From NCBI GenBank assembly GCA_963754235.1, contig CAVWFK010000036.1:1-64000 (forward strand): a stretch of DNA of 64,000 nt, given 5' to 3'. This DNA comes from an uncultured Alphaproteobacteria bacterium. GTDB lineage: Bacteria; Pseudomonadota; Alphaproteobacteria; Acetobacterales; Acetobacteraceae. Below, one piece after another: positions 49,488 through 59,740 of this stretch; the first letter of the stretch is position 1; the number at the start of each line of letters is the position of its first letter. The notes under the pieces are model-generated. The model had not been told where the DNA came from. It searched no databases and saw only the letters and a program-made list of their open reading frames with translations. The position numbers were made by a program, and so were the translations under genes.

Positions 49488-51061
49488 CCGGCCAGCCGCT
49501 CCTTGATGCGGTCGGCTACCCGAAGCGCATTGGCGATGATCGTCAGCGTCGGGTTCACTGCGCCGATCGAGGGGAAGAAACTCGCATCCGTGATATAGAG
49601 GTTATCCAGCTCGTGCGCCTTGCAGTCGAGGTCCAGCACCGAGCTGGCCGGGTCGGTGCCGAAACGGCAGGTGCCGGCTTGGTGCGCAGTCCCCGCGATC
49701 GGGATGTCCTTGCCCAGATAGAGGCGGCGGTCGATCAGATGCGGCCACGCCCCCAAAGGTATCAGCAGCCCCTCTAGCTTGCTCCGGAGCCGCTTTGCCG
49801 CCTCCTCGTTGCCTTCGTGGATGTCCAGCACCACGCGATCGCCGTCGTAGCGGATGCGGTTCTCCGGCCGCGGCAGATCCTCGCTCTGCAACCAGAAATC
49901 AATGGAGTGCTCGGCCATCTTCTCGAACGGCATCTCCGGCAGCCAGGATAGATACCCGGGCAACGCCTCGCCCCGAATCTGCTCGCCGTGCGAGGTCGCG
50001 CACATCTGGATCAGGCCCAGCGGATACTCCCAGTCGGGGGCACCGAAGTAGAAGTCGCTGAATGCCAGCGTCTTCTGGAACACCGTGTGGTTCGGCCGCT
50101 TCAGCAGCGCCATCACCACGGACATGTTATGCCGCACGTAGTTGCGCCCGACCTGATCGGAGCCATTGGCAAGCCCGTTCGGATGCGCCTCGCTGGCCGA
50201 GCGCAGCAGCAGCAGCGCGGAACTCAAGGCGCCGCAGGCGGCCACCACGATGTCGGCCGAATACTGCTCGAACTGATTGTCGCGGATCACGTGCACACGG
50301 CTGACGCTGCGGCCGGCGGCGTCGGTTTCCAGCCGGGTCGCGTAGGCGTTGGTCAGCAGCGTGAAGTTAGGATACGCCGCACGGGTGGGGTCCACGCAGA
50401 TCACCTGCGCGTCGGCCTTCGCGTTGATCGCGCAGGGGAAGCCGTCGAACGCGTCGCAGCGGATGCAAGGGCTATAGGTGGCGGCGCTGCCGTCCGGGTT
50501 CTGGTCCAGCTTGATGCCGAGCGGCAGATGGAACGGGTGCAGCCCCTCGCCTTGCAGGATGCCATTCAGTTCCTGGATGCGCGGCTCGTGTTGCACCGGC
50601 GGATAGGCGTAGGGGGCGCTGGACCAGGGCTCGGTAGGGTCTTCTCCGCGCTGCCCGTGTACGTGATACAGCGCCTCGGCTTGCGTATAGTACGGCTCGA
50701 ACACGTCGTAGCCGAGTGGCCAGGCCGGAGAGATGCCGTCCTTGTGTTGCAGCTCGCCGAAATCGCGCTCGCGGAGGCGGAACAGGGCGGCGCCGTAAAC
50801 CTTGGAGTTGCCGCCCACATAGTAGTGCAGCCCGGGATGAAAGCTGCGTCCGTCCGCACCGTACCAGGTGTCGGGCGCCTGATAGACGGCATCCACAAAA
50901 ACGGTCTTGGAATCCCAGTTGCGCCGCGAGCGCGGTAGGTAGTCGCCGCGCTCCAGCATCAGAATGCGTTTGCCCGTGGCGGCCAGGCGTTGCGCGAGCG
51001 AGGCGCCGCCGGGACCGCTGCCGATGACGATCACATCGTAATGGTCGCTGGTCGCCGCCAC
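49484..51061 (-). CDS. GMC family FAD-dependent oxidoreductase
   Basis: 'DVIVIGSGPGGASLA..' and the C-terminal GMC motif. Confidence 0.85.
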   Translation of the reverse strand: MAATSDHYDVIVIGSGPGGASLAQRLAATGKRILMLERGDYLPRSRRNWDSKTVFVDAVYQAPDTWYGADGRSFHPGLHYYVGGNSKVYGAALFRLRERDFGELQHKDGISPAWPLGYDVFEPYYTQAEALYHVHGQRGEDPTEPWSSAPYAYPPVQHEPRIQELNGILQGEGLHPFHLPLGIKLDQNPDGSAATYSPCIRCDAFDGFPCAINAKADAQVICVDPTRAAYPNFTLLTNAYATRLETDAAGRSVSRVHVIRDNQFEQYSADIVVAACGALSSALLLLRSASEAHPNGLANGSDQVGRNYVRHNMSVVMALLKRPNHTVFQKTLAFSDFYFGAPDWEYPLGLIQMCATSHGEQIRGEALPGYLSWLPEMPFEKMAEHSIDFWLQSEDLPRPENRIRYDGDRVVLDIHEGNEEAAKRLRSKLEGLLIPLGAWPHLIDRRLYLGKDIPIAGTAHQAGTCRFGTDPASSVLDLDCKAHELDNLYITDASFFPSIGAVNPTLTIIANALRVADRIKERLAG

Positions 51062-51078
51062 GCCTCAGCCCTTGCCGC

Positions 51079-52866
51079 TCAATCCTTGCCGCCTGGCAAC
51101 ACGCCGGCCAGGACTTGCCTCGCACTTTCCTTCAGCACGCTGCCCAGTTCCGGCTCGCTGCCCATCATGGTCATGAAGTTCTTCGCATCCTTCAACGTGA
51201 TATGCGGCGGCAAGGGGGGCACGTTCGGGTCCGTGTAGCACTCGAGAATAACCGGGCGGTCGGCCGCCAGCGCCTCGTCCCACGCAGCACCCAGCTTCTC
51301 CGGATCATCGACGAAGATGCCCTTCAGACCCAACAGTCCGGCATATTTGTGGTACGGGAAGTCGGGGATGGTCTGCGTCGCCGGCGTCTTGCCGTCGCCG
51401 AGCTGAATGCGTTCCTCCCACGTCACCTGGTTGAGGTCGCGGTTGTTCAACACCATCACGATCAAGCGCGGGTCGGACCACTCCTTCCAGTATTTGCTAA
51501 TGGTGATCATCACGTTCAGTCCGTTCATCTGCATCGCACCGTCGCCGATGAAGGCGATGACGACACGATCCGGGAACGCCATCTTCGCCGCCATCGCGTA
51601 GGGCGTGGCCGCACCCAGAGACGCCAATCCCCCCGAGAGCGACCCCATCATGCCGCGACGAATCCGGATGTCGCGCGCGTACCAATTGGCGACCGAGCCG
51701 GAATCGCCGGTCATGATGCAGTTCTCCGGCAGCCGCTTCGACAGCTCCCAGAACACGCGTTGCGGGTTGATCGGATCGGCCGGCTCCATCGCCCGCTCTT
51801 CCAGCGTCTTCCACCACTTGGCGACGCCGGTCTCGATCCCCCGCCGCCAATGACCCGCCGGCTTCTTATCCAACATCGGCAGCAGGGCGCGCAGGGTTAC
51901 GGCGCTGTCGCCCACCATGTTCACCTCCATGGGATAGCGCAGGCTCAGCCTGGTGCCGTCGATGTCGATCTGCACGCCGCGCGCCTCGCCCGGCTTGGGC
52001 AGGAACTCGCTGTAGGGGAAGCAGGAGCCGATCATGAAGAAGGTGTCGCAGCCCTTCATCAGATCCCAGCTCGGCTTGGTCCCGAGCAGGCCGATCGAAC
52101 CCGTGACCCAGGGCAGCTCGTCGGGAAGGGCGGCCTTGCCCAGCAGCGCCTTGGCGGCCCCCGCCTGCAGCCGGTCGGCAACCTCGATCACCTCGTCGGT
52201 GGCCCCCAAAGCGCCCGCGCCGACCAGGATGCCGACCTTCTTGCCGGCGTTGAGCACATCGGCCGCCCGCCGCAGGAGCGCCTCGTCCGGCAGTTGCGCC
52301 GGACCGGCGTAGCCGACGCCGGTATGGGTGGTGCCGTGGACCACCGGCGGGTCTTCGTAAGTCATCTCCTGGAGGTCATTCGGGATGATGACGCAGGTGA
52401 CGGTGCGGCGGTTGGATGCGGTCCGCACCGCCCGATCAATCAACTGGCGCACCTGCCCCGGCAAAATGGCCATCGCGACGAAGTCCGCGGCCACGTCCTT
52501 GAACAGCGACTGCAGATCGACTTCCTGCTGATAGCCGGCACCGATGGACGTGCGCGCCTGCTGGCCCACGATCGCCACCACGGGCACGTGATCCATCTTC
52601 GCGTCATAGAGGCCGTTCAGCAGGTGGATCGCACCCGGTCCTGAGGTCGCGTAGCAGAGCCCGACCTCGCCGGTAAACTTGGCGTGGGCCGACGCCATGA
52701 AGGCCGCCATCTCCTCATGCCGGACCTGGATGTATTTCAGGCTGTCCTGAACCTTTTGCAGCGCCACGTCGAGGCCGCCGACACCGTCCCCAGGGTAGCC
52801 ATAGACGCGCTTGAGCCCCCATTCCTGCAACCGGTGCCACACGTATTCGCTGACATTCATGCTCAT
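51079..52866 (-). CDS. TPP-dependent pyruvate oxidase / pyruvate dehydrogenase (quinone)-like enzyme
   Basis: 595 aa. 'IGDGAMQMNG' TPP motif. Locally lower GC (about 56-60%). Confidence 0.85.
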   Translation of the reverse strand: MSMNVSEYVWHRLQEWGLKRVYGYPGDGVGGLDVALQKVQDSLKYIQVRHEEMAAFMASAHAKFTGEVGLCYATSGPGAIHLLNGLYDAKMDHVPVVAIVGQQARTSIGAGYQQEVDLQSLFKDVAADFVAMAILPGQVRQLIDRAVRTASNRRTVTCVIIPNDLQEMTYEDPPVVHGTTHTGVGYAGPAQLPDEALLRRAADVLNAGKKVGILVGAGALGATDEVIEVADRLQAGAAKALLGKAALPDELPWVTGSIGLLGTKPSWDLMKGCDTFFMIGSCFPYSEFLPKPGEARGVQIDIDGTRLSLRYPMEVNMVGDSAVTLRALLPMLDKKPAGHWRRGIETGVAKWWKTLEERAMEPADPINPQRVFWELSKRLPENCIMTGDSGSVANWYARDIRIRRGMMGSLSGGLASLGAATPYAMAAKMAFPDRVVIAFIGDGAMQMNGLNVMITISKYWKEWSDPRLIVMVLNNRDLNQVTWEERIQLGDGKTPATQTIPDFPYHKYAGLLGLKGIFVDDPEKLGAAWDEALAADRPVILECYTDPNVPPLPPHITLKDAKNFMTMMGSEPELGSVLKESARQVLAGVLPGGKD

Positions 52867-53027
52867 GGGAGGCGCTCCAACCCTGCAACCGAACGGAGCA
52901 CGCCAACCGATGGACGCGCGTTCGCGATGCCGCAGCGGTTACGCGCCACCCTCCCCCGCGTTCCCGCGTTTGCGGTCAAATCGTGGCAGCGGGGCAGGGC
53001 GATCGCATTTGGACACGATGTTACCGT

Positions 53028-53113
53028 CATGGTCGGTGGAGGCCGACCATCCACGTCTTTCGTGCGGCCGCATCGTCGTGGATGCTCGGCATTCGCCGAG
53101 CATGACGGGGTTG
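53028..53113. repeat. MITE/REP-like element copy E (short form)
   Basis: 'CCGTCATGGTCGGTGGAGGCCGACCATCCACGTCTTTCGTGCGGCCGCATCGTCGTGGATGCTCGGCATTCGCCGAGCATGACGGGG'. Confidence 0.6.
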
Positions 53114-53139
53114 GGGCCCCCTCGGGTCAGGAGCGGTCG

Positions 53140-54026
53140 ATGCAGATCGAAGTGGTCGTGGACGCGGATGCGACGATCGGGGAGTCGCCGACCTGGGTGC
53201 CCGGCGAGAACGCGCTCTACTGGATCGACGTCAAAAGGCCCGCGCTCTATCGCTTCGATATCGCAAGCAATGTCCAGCACACCTGGCCGATGCCGAGCGA
53301 TATCGGTGCCTTCGCCCTGGCCGCGGACCCGCCGGGAGCAGTGGTGGCACTGCGGACCGGGATGTTCCGGCTCGACTTCGCATCCGGGTCACTCGACCTC
53401 CCTCGCCCCGCCGCCCTTCGACCCGGCGCTGTTCCGCTTCAATGAAGGTGCGTGCGACAGGTACCGGCCGCTTCTGGGTGGGCGTCATGTTCGACCCGCT
53501 TGATGGTACGCCGCCACCGCAGAAATCATCCCTGCACAGCTTGACCCTGCGCGGCGGCCTGCGCCCCGAACCGGACGCCGCCGAACTGCATAACGGCATG
53601 GCGTGGAGCCCCGACGGGCGCGAGTTCTACCTGTCGCATAGCCAGCATCAGGAGGTGTTCGCCTTCGCGTTCGACGCGGCGGCCGGCCGGCTCGGCGCGC
53701 GCCGCCTTTTCGTGCGCACCCCGAAGGCGCTTGGCCTGCCCGATGGCGCTGCCATCGACAGCGAAGGCGGCTACTGGTGCGCGCTGCACGGCGGCAGCCG
53801 GTTGCGGCGCTACACGGTGGCGGGTGAAATGGACCGCGACATCGCGCTCCCGGTGAGCCAGCCGACCATGTGCGCCTTTGCAGGCCCCGCCCTCGACGTG
53901 CTCTACGTGACCAGCGCCACCGACAAGCTCACGCCGGAGCAGCGCCGAGCCGAGCCGCTGGCCGGCGCGCTGCTGCGGCTGCGGCCCGGCGAGAGGGGCA
54001 TCCCCCGGCCCTGCATGGTGCGCTGA
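53140..54026 (+). pseudogene. SMP-30/gluconolactonase/LRE-family protein disrupted by two +1 frameshifts
   Basis: N-part 'MQIEVVVDADATIGESPTWVPGENALYWIDV..' (to 53445). The conserved 'FRFNEGACDR' lies in a third frame. The C-part 'GRFWVGVMFDPLDG..' starts at 53442. Confidence 0.7.
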
Positions 54027-54073
54027 TTTCCGATCCAGGATCGGTGCCGTCACAGCGAAAGGGATGCCGCGTG

Positions 54074-55279
54074 ATGGCCGTGCAGAACAGGGTGCCGGGA
54101 CGGGCCGCGACACCGCGCGAGTTCACGCTGGCCCTGGTGCTGCTCTGGCTCTCGGGCGCCGCGCTCAGGGTGACCATCCTGGCGGTGCCGCCGCTGCTGC
54201 CGCGCATCACCGCCGAGCTCGGCCTGAGTGCGACCGACATCGGCCTGCTGACCGGTCTGCCGCCGCTGCTCTTCGCGCTCGCGGCAGTGCCGGGCGCGGT
54301 GCTGATCGCCCGCTTCGGCGCGGTCTCGACACTGGTGGCGGGGCTGTTGCTGAACGCGCTCGGCACGGTTGCGCGCGGCTTCGCCGGCAGCGCGCTCGGC
54401 CTCGACGCGACGACCGGACTGATGTGCCTGGGCATCGCGGTGATGCAGCCGGCGCTGCCGCCGCTGGTGCGGGCCTGGGCGCCGGCACGCATCGGCTTCG
54501 CCACCGCAGTCTTTACCAACGGCTTGCTGGTGGGCGAGCTGGTCCCGGTCGCCTGGGTGCCGCAACCGGTGCTGCCCCTGCTCGGCGACGGCTGGCGTGC
54601 CTCGCTGTCGATCTGGGCGCTGCCGGTGCTGGCGACGGCGCTGCTGGTGGCGGCACTGGGCCGCCGGCCGGAGGCCAGGCTGGACGCCGCTCCACCACGC
54701 TGGTGGCCGGACTGGCGGGACGCGCGGGTCTGGCGGCTGGGCCTGATGCTGGGCGGCGTGAACGCCACCTATTTCGGCGTGAACGGTTTCCTGCCGGGAT
54801 GGCTGACCGCCGCCGGGGCGCCGGATCTGGTGCGGCCGGCGCTGACCGCTCTCAATCTGGCGCAGATCCCGGCTTCGCTGCTGATGCTCGGCTTGGCCGG
54901 GCGGCTGGTGCGGCGACCGGCGGCTTATGGCGGCGCGGGCGTGCTGCTGCTGGCAGGGGTGCTGGGGTGCGTCGCGATGCCCGGCCCCGCCGCGGTGGCA
55001 TGGGCAGGGCTGGCGGGCTTCGCCGGCGCGATGCTGCTGACCCTGGCGCTCGCTCTCCCCTCGCTGCTGGGCGCGGCTGAGGATGTGCCGCGCCTCGCCG
55101 CCGCCATGTTCACCGTCAGCTACAGCGTGTCCGTGGCGGCGGCGCTGTTGGCGGGGTGGTTGTGGGACGCGAGCGGCGCCGCGGCGACGGCGTTCCTGCC
55201 GTTCGCGCTGGCGGCGCTGGCGGTGACGTTGTTGGGCGCCACGCTACGGCTGCGGCCGGCGTCTGCGAGCGGCCGCTGA
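54074..55279 (+). CDS. MFS transporter
   Basis: About 400 aa, 12 TM helices. Confidence 0.8.
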   Translation: MAVQNRVPGRAATPREFTLALVLLWLSGAALRVTILAVPPLLPRITAELGLSATDIGLLTGLPPLLFALAAVPGAVLIARFGAVSTLVAGLLLNALGTVARGFAGSALGLDATTGLMCLGIAVMQPALPPLVRAWAPARIGFATAVFTNGLLVGELVPVAWVPQPVLPLLGDGWRASLSIWALPVLATALLVAALGRRPEARLDAAPPRWWPDWRDARVWRLGLMLGGVNATYFGVNGFLPGWLTAAGAPDLVRPALTALNLAQIPASLLMLGLAGRLVRRPAAYGGAGVLLLAGVLGCVAMPGPAAVAWAGLAGFAGAMLLTLALALPSLLGAAEDVPRLAAAMFTVSYSVSVAAALLAGWLWDASGAAATAFLPFALAALAVTLLGATLRLRPASASGR

Positions 55280-55646
55280 GGCACGTGTTAGTTAGTGTTA
55301 TTGACAATTGGGTAGCAATGATGTTAGAGTTTGTCCAGAGACAACGCACCGCAATCGAGGTTATGGCATCCCGGACGCCAACTGCCTGAACGTGCTCGAC
55401 CGCACCGCGACGCGGGAGGCCGCCGCCGGGGAGAGAGCAGGCCCTGTTCCGACCCTGCTCAGGCCCTGTTCCGAGCCTGTTTCCGAGGCCGGTCCTGGCT
55501 CGCCACGGGCCGAACTTTTCCTCCAATCTCAGGCGGTTCTGTGCAATCTCTGCCCCGCCACGAGAACCGAGCGATTTTTTCGCGGCCGTCCACCTCGCCG
55601 CCGCCGCCATTTGGCTCAATCGACGACAGGCCCTAGCTTCGCGCTT

Positions 55647-55922
55647 ATGACGAGCCGCGAGGAGACGCTGCAAGCCGCGCTGCTGGCCGTTGCGTTCCGT
55701 CAGCGGGTGCGGGCAGCCAACGCGGAGGAGGGCCGGCAGCGCATCGAGGCACTGCTAGACCGGACGCTGGACGAGGCGGCGTTCGCCGACACGATCGCGC
55801 GCTGTCTCGCCGCGCGGCTGATCCGCGATCCGGTGCGGCTCGCGGCGGGCGACCTGCAATGCCATTGGGAGCTGGAGCTGACAGCGGCGGGGGTGGAGCA
55901 CGCAAGATCAGGCAGGGCGTGA
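55647..55922 (+). CDS. hypothetical small protein (91 aa)
   Basis: High GC3. 'MTSREETLQAALLAVAFRQRV..'. Confidence 0.35.
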   Translation: MTSREETLQAALLAVAFRQRVRAANAEEGRQRIEALLDRTLDEAAFADTIARCLAARLIRDPVRLAAGDLQCHWELELTAAGVEHARSGRA

Positions 55923-55923
55923 T

Positions 55924-56883
55924 TCACTCGACCAAGGCCCCGATCACCCGCCTTGCATCGGCCGCCAGCGCCGCGTCGAAGGGCCGATGCCCGAGCAGGT
56001 CGGCCCATGCGAACAGGTCCACGATCCGCGCGATGCGCTGCCAATCCGCCGGCAGCACCCCGCCGCCGCGGCGGTACCCGCGCGCAAGACCGCCCGCGAA
56101 GCCGGCGCGCGTCCCGAGCGGCGGGCGAAGCAGGTTGCCGAAGTCGAGGCCGGGTGTGGCACTCAGCGCGAACTCCCAGTCCAGCACCGCCGCCACGCCG
56201 CCGTCGCGCACCAGAATGTTCGAGGGATTGAAGTCGCCGTGCACCAGTCGCGGCTGGTCGAGCCACGCATCCAGCCGCCAGCCTTCGCGCGCGGCGAAGT
56301 CGAGCACCCGCTTCGTCAGCGCGACGCCGAGCCGGGCGCGGCCCGGTCCCCGCACCAGGCACTCGTGCAGGAAATCGAGCAGGGCGGCGCGGTCGAAGCC
56401 GATCGCGACGGGCACGCGCAGGTCGGGCGTCAGGAAGCCGTAGCGCGCGAAGTGGAAGGCATGGACCCGCGCGAGCGCGGCCCCGACTGCCTCCCCCAGC
56501 CCGTCGAGCGTCACCGCGTCGGCCCTGGCGGCGGCCCGGTCGAGCCGCTCGCCCTCGATCCATTCCAGCACGGCGTACGGGCCGCGCGTGATGGGGTTCG
56601 TCTCCGCGAGATGGAGGAACCGCGCGATCGGCACCCGACCCGCCAGAAGCCGGGCGAGCGCCGCCTCCTTGCGCCCTTGCGGCGGCTCGCGGGTGATGAG
56701 CCGCAGCAGCACCGTGCCCGCCGGCCGATCGAGCGTTACCCGCAGATTGGTGTTGACCAGCCCGCCGGCGATCGGCCGGATGTCGCGTACGAGGACATCC
56801 CCCAACGCCGGCCGCAGTAACGCCGCCGCCTGCTCGACGCTGACCGAAACCGGTTCCGCGTGCCGCACCCAGCCTTCCCGCAT
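55924..56883 (-). CDS. aminoglycoside/choline-kinase-type phosphotransferase family protein
   Basis: 'VHGDFNPSNILV', 'DWEFA'. Confidence 0.8.
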   Translation of the reverse strand: MREGWVRHAEPVSVSVEQAAALLRPALGDVLVRDIRPIAGGLVNTNLRVTLDRPAGTVLLRLITREPPQGRKEAALARLLAGRVPIARFLHLAETNPITRGPYAVLEWIEGERLDRAAARADAVTLDGLGEAVGAALARVHAFHFARYGFLTPDLRVPVAIGFDRAALLDFLHECLVRGPGRARLGVALTKRVLDFAAREGWRLDAWLDQPRLVHGDFNPSNILVRDGGVAAVLDWEFALSATPGLDFGNLLRPPLGTRAGFAGGLARGYRRGGGVLPADWQRIARIVDLFAWADLLGHRPFDAALAADARRVIGALVE

Positions 56884-57132
56884 CCGCCGCCTCCCGGCAC
56901 CGCCGGCCATCCTGCCTCAGCCGTCATCGCGAGCCGGCCGCTTGGCCGGCGTGGCGATCCAGGCCCGCGGCACCGTGCGGCGCGCCTGGACTGCTTCGTC
57001 GCATTGCTCCTCGCAGTGACGGGGCGCGATGGGTCACGCGTTCAGAAAACCGCCACCGCCTGGTGACTGCGGCGATCGGTGCTACCCTACGGCACTGCCG
57101 CGCGGAAGCCGGGCGGCTGCGAAGGACCACCG

Positions 57133-58560
57133 ATGCTCGCTACCTCGCCCGCTTTCAAGCAGAACGCCCGCGCGGCGCTTGCCGATGCCGGCTTGCAAAA
57201 AGCACTCGCCCGCAGCAACCCGCAATTGGCGGCACGGCGCGCCGCCGCCGTCGCCGCCCTGCCGGAGTTCGAGCGCCTGCGCGAGATCGGCCGCGACATC
57301 AAGAACCACACGCTCGCAAATCTCGACTTCTATCTCGAGACCTTCGCCGCCAACGTCGAGCGCGCCGGCGGCCAGGTGCATTGGTGCGCCGACGCCGACG
57401 CGGCGCGGGCCGCCGTGCTCGCGATCTGCCGCAATGCCGGCGCCCGCACGGTGACGAAGGGAAAAAGCATGATCTCCGAGGAGATCGCGCTGAACGAGCA
57501 CCTGGAGAAGAACGGCATCGAGCCGGTCGAGACCGATCTCGGCGAATACATCGTCCAGCTCCGCCACGAGACGCCGAGCCACTTGATCGGCCCGGCCTTC
57601 CATCTCAACCGCGAGGACTGGGAGGAGACCTTCCGCAAATCCCACACCGACCTTCCCGCCGATCGCGTGTTCCATGAGCGGCGCGACATCATGAACGAAG
57701 CACGCAGCCACCTGCGCCAGCGCTTCCTCGGCGCCGATGTCGGCATCACCGGTGCCAATTTCCTGATCGCCGAGACCGGCAGCAGCGTCATCGTCACCAA
57801 CGAGGGCAACGGCGACCTGACGCAGACGCTGCCGCGCGTGCATATCGCCCTCGCCAGCATCGAGAAGGCGGTGCCGACGCTGGAGGATGCGTGCAGCCTG
57901 CTGCGCCTGCTCGCGCGCTCGGCGACCGGGCAGGACATCACGGTCTATACGACGTTCTCGACCGGGCCGCGCCGCGGCGGCGATCTCGATGGGCCAAGCG
58001 AGTATCACGTCGTGCTGCTGGATAACGGCCGCTCGGCGATGCTCGGCACCGAGTTCCAGGATATGCTGCGCTGCATCCGCTGTGCGGCGTGCATGAACCA
58101 CTGCCCGGTCTATGGCGCGGTCGGCGGCCACGCCTATGGCTGGGTCTATCCCGGACCGATGGGGGCGGTGCTGACGCCGAGCCTGATCGGCGTCGATCGC
58201 GCCGGCCTTTTGCCCAATGCCTCCACCTTCTGCGGCCGCTGCGAGAGCGTCTGTCCGGTGATGATCCCGCTGCCCGGCATGATGCGCCACTGGCGCGAGC
58301 GCGAGTTCGAGCGCCACCTCTCGCCGCAAGCGGTGCGCAGCAATCTCGCCTTGTGGGGCTGGTTCGCGCGCCGCCCCGCTGCGTATCGCGCCGCGACCCG
58401 GCTGGCGGCCGCTTGCCTCGGCCTGATGGGGCGGCGGCGCGGCCGGTTCGCCTGGCTCCCCTTCGCCGGCGGGTGGACGGCGGGGCGCGACCTGCCGGCG
58501 CCGGAGGGCGACACCTTCTTCGCCCGCTACGCCCGCGAGCAGCGAAGGCGCCGCGTCTGA
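57133..58560 (+). CDS. lutB: lactate utilization protein B (LutB/YkgF Fe-S protein)
   Basis: 'CIRCAACMNHCPVY', 'CGRCESVCPV' ferredoxin motifs. Confidence 0.85.
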   Translation: MLATSPAFKQNARAALADAGLQKALARSNPQLAARRAAAVAALPEFERLREIGRDIKNHTLANLDFYLETFAANVERAGGQVHWCADADAARAAVLAICRNAGARTVTKGKSMISEEIALNEHLEKNGIEPVETDLGEYIVQLRHETPSHLIGPAFHLNREDWEETFRKSHTDLPADRVFHERRDIMNEARSHLRQRFLGADVGITGANFLIAETGSSVIVTNEGNGDLTQTLPRVHIALASIEKAVPTLEDACSLLRLLARSATGQDITVYTTFSTGPRRGGDLDGPSEYHVVLLDNGRSAMLGTEFQDMLRCIRCAACMNHCPVYGAVGGHAYGWVYPGPMGAVLTPSLIGVDRAGLLPNASTFCGRCESVCPVMIPLPGMMRHWREREFERHLSPQAVRSNLALWGWFARRPAAYRAATRLAAACLGLMGRRRGRFAWLPFAGGWTAGRDLPAPEGDTFFARYAREQRRRRV

Positions 58561-59225
58561 TGTCGCGCGAGGCCGTGCTGGGCGCGATCCGCCGGGGCCT
58601 GCGCCGCGGGCCGTTGCCCGAGGACCAGGCGGCGATGCTGCGCGCCCGGCTGGCAGCACACCCTCGCCACCTGATCCCCGCACGGGCGCAGCGCGAGGGC
58701 GCGGAGCGGATCGCGTCGTTCGTGAGCTGCGTGGAAAAGGAATTCGGCACCGTCGGTCGCGTGGCCGCTCTCGACGCGGTGCCGGAGGCGGTCGCGACCT
58801 ACCTCGCCCGCCAGAACCTGCCGCCCGAGCTGGTGGTCGCCCCGCATCCCGAGCTGCGGGCGATCCCGTGGGCCGATCGGCCGCTGCTGCGTTTGCGCGA
58901 GGGGCGGGCGGAAGCGTCCGACGTGGTCTCGGTGCAGCACGGGTTTGCCGGCATCGCCGAGACCGGCACGCTGATGCTGCCCTCGGCGCCCGAGCGGCCG
59001 ACCACGCTCAACCTGCTGCCCGAGACCGCGATCGTGGTGCTGCGCGCGGGCCGCGTCGTGGCCGGGATGGAGGATGCGTGGGACCTGCTGCGTGCGGAGT
59101 TTTCGGGGATGCCGCGCAACGTGATGCTGGTGACGGGGCCATCCCGCTCGGCCGATATCGAGAGCACGCTGGAGCTGGGCGCGCACGGCCCCCGCCGGCT
59201 GCACGTCGTGCTTGGTGGAGGATGA
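58560..59225 (+). CDS. lutC: lactate utilization protein C (LutC/YkgG)
   Basis: TGATG overlap with lutB. Confidence 0.8.
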   Translation: MSREAVLGAIRRGLRRGPLPEDQAAMLRARLAAHPRHLIPARAQREGAERIASFVSCVEKEFGTVGRVAALDAVPEAVATYLARQNLPPELVVAPHPELRAIPWADRPLLRLREGRAEASDVVSVQHGFAGIAETGTLMLPSAPERPTTLNLLPETAIVVLRAGRVVAGMEDAWDLLRAEFSGMPRNVMLVTGPSRSADIESTLELGAHGPRRLHVVLGGG

Positions 59226-59740
59226 TGCCGCCTGAGAAGGCCGATCGCGCGGTATGGGCCGACTACGTGCGCAGCGTCAGGCCGCTGTCGGGACGGGAGC
59301 ACCCCGAGGCCGTCGCACCGCCCCCTCCCCCCGTCCCCCTCCCGCAAGGGGAGGGGGAGAAACGAACTGCGCGTCCCCGTCGCCCCGCCGCGGCCGCCCC
59401 GCTCGTCGTCGGCGACGCGCCCGCCGGTGTCGATGCCGCGTCGTGGAACCGGCTGCGCACCGGCCGGCTCGCGCCGGAGCGCACGCTCGACCTGCACGGC
59501 CGCACCGCGCACGCGGCCTACGACGCGCTCACCGCCTTCCTGCACCGGGCGCAGGCCGACCGGGTGCGCTGCGTCGAGATCATCACCGGGCGCGGCGAGG
59601 GTGCCGGCGGCGGCGTGATCCGCCGCGAGCTGCCGCTCTGGCTCAATCTCGACGCGCTGCGACCGCTGGTGCTCGGCGCCGCCTATCCGCATCCGGCCAA
59701 TTCGGGCGCGGTGCGGCTGCTGCTGCGGCGGCCGCGATGA
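59222..59740 (+). CDS. Smr-domain protein
   Basis: 'TLDLHGRTAHAAYDALTAFL..ITGRG'. Pro-rich linker. Confidence 0.8.
   Translation: MMPPEKADRAVWADYVRSVRPLSGREHPEAVAPPPPPVPLPQGEGEKRTARPRRPAAAAPLVVGDAPAGVDAASWNRLRTGRLAPERTLDLHGRTAHAAYDALTAFLHRAQADRVRCVEIITGRGEGAGGGVIRRELPLWLNLDALRPLVLGAAYPHPANSGAVRLLLRRPR

Noticed and set aside
55290-55360. AT-rich patch 'gttagtgttattgacaattgggtagcaatgatgttagag' after the MFS gene
   Set aside because: It could be a promoter or a small RNA. There is no recognisable conserved structure or ORF, so it is left unannotated.
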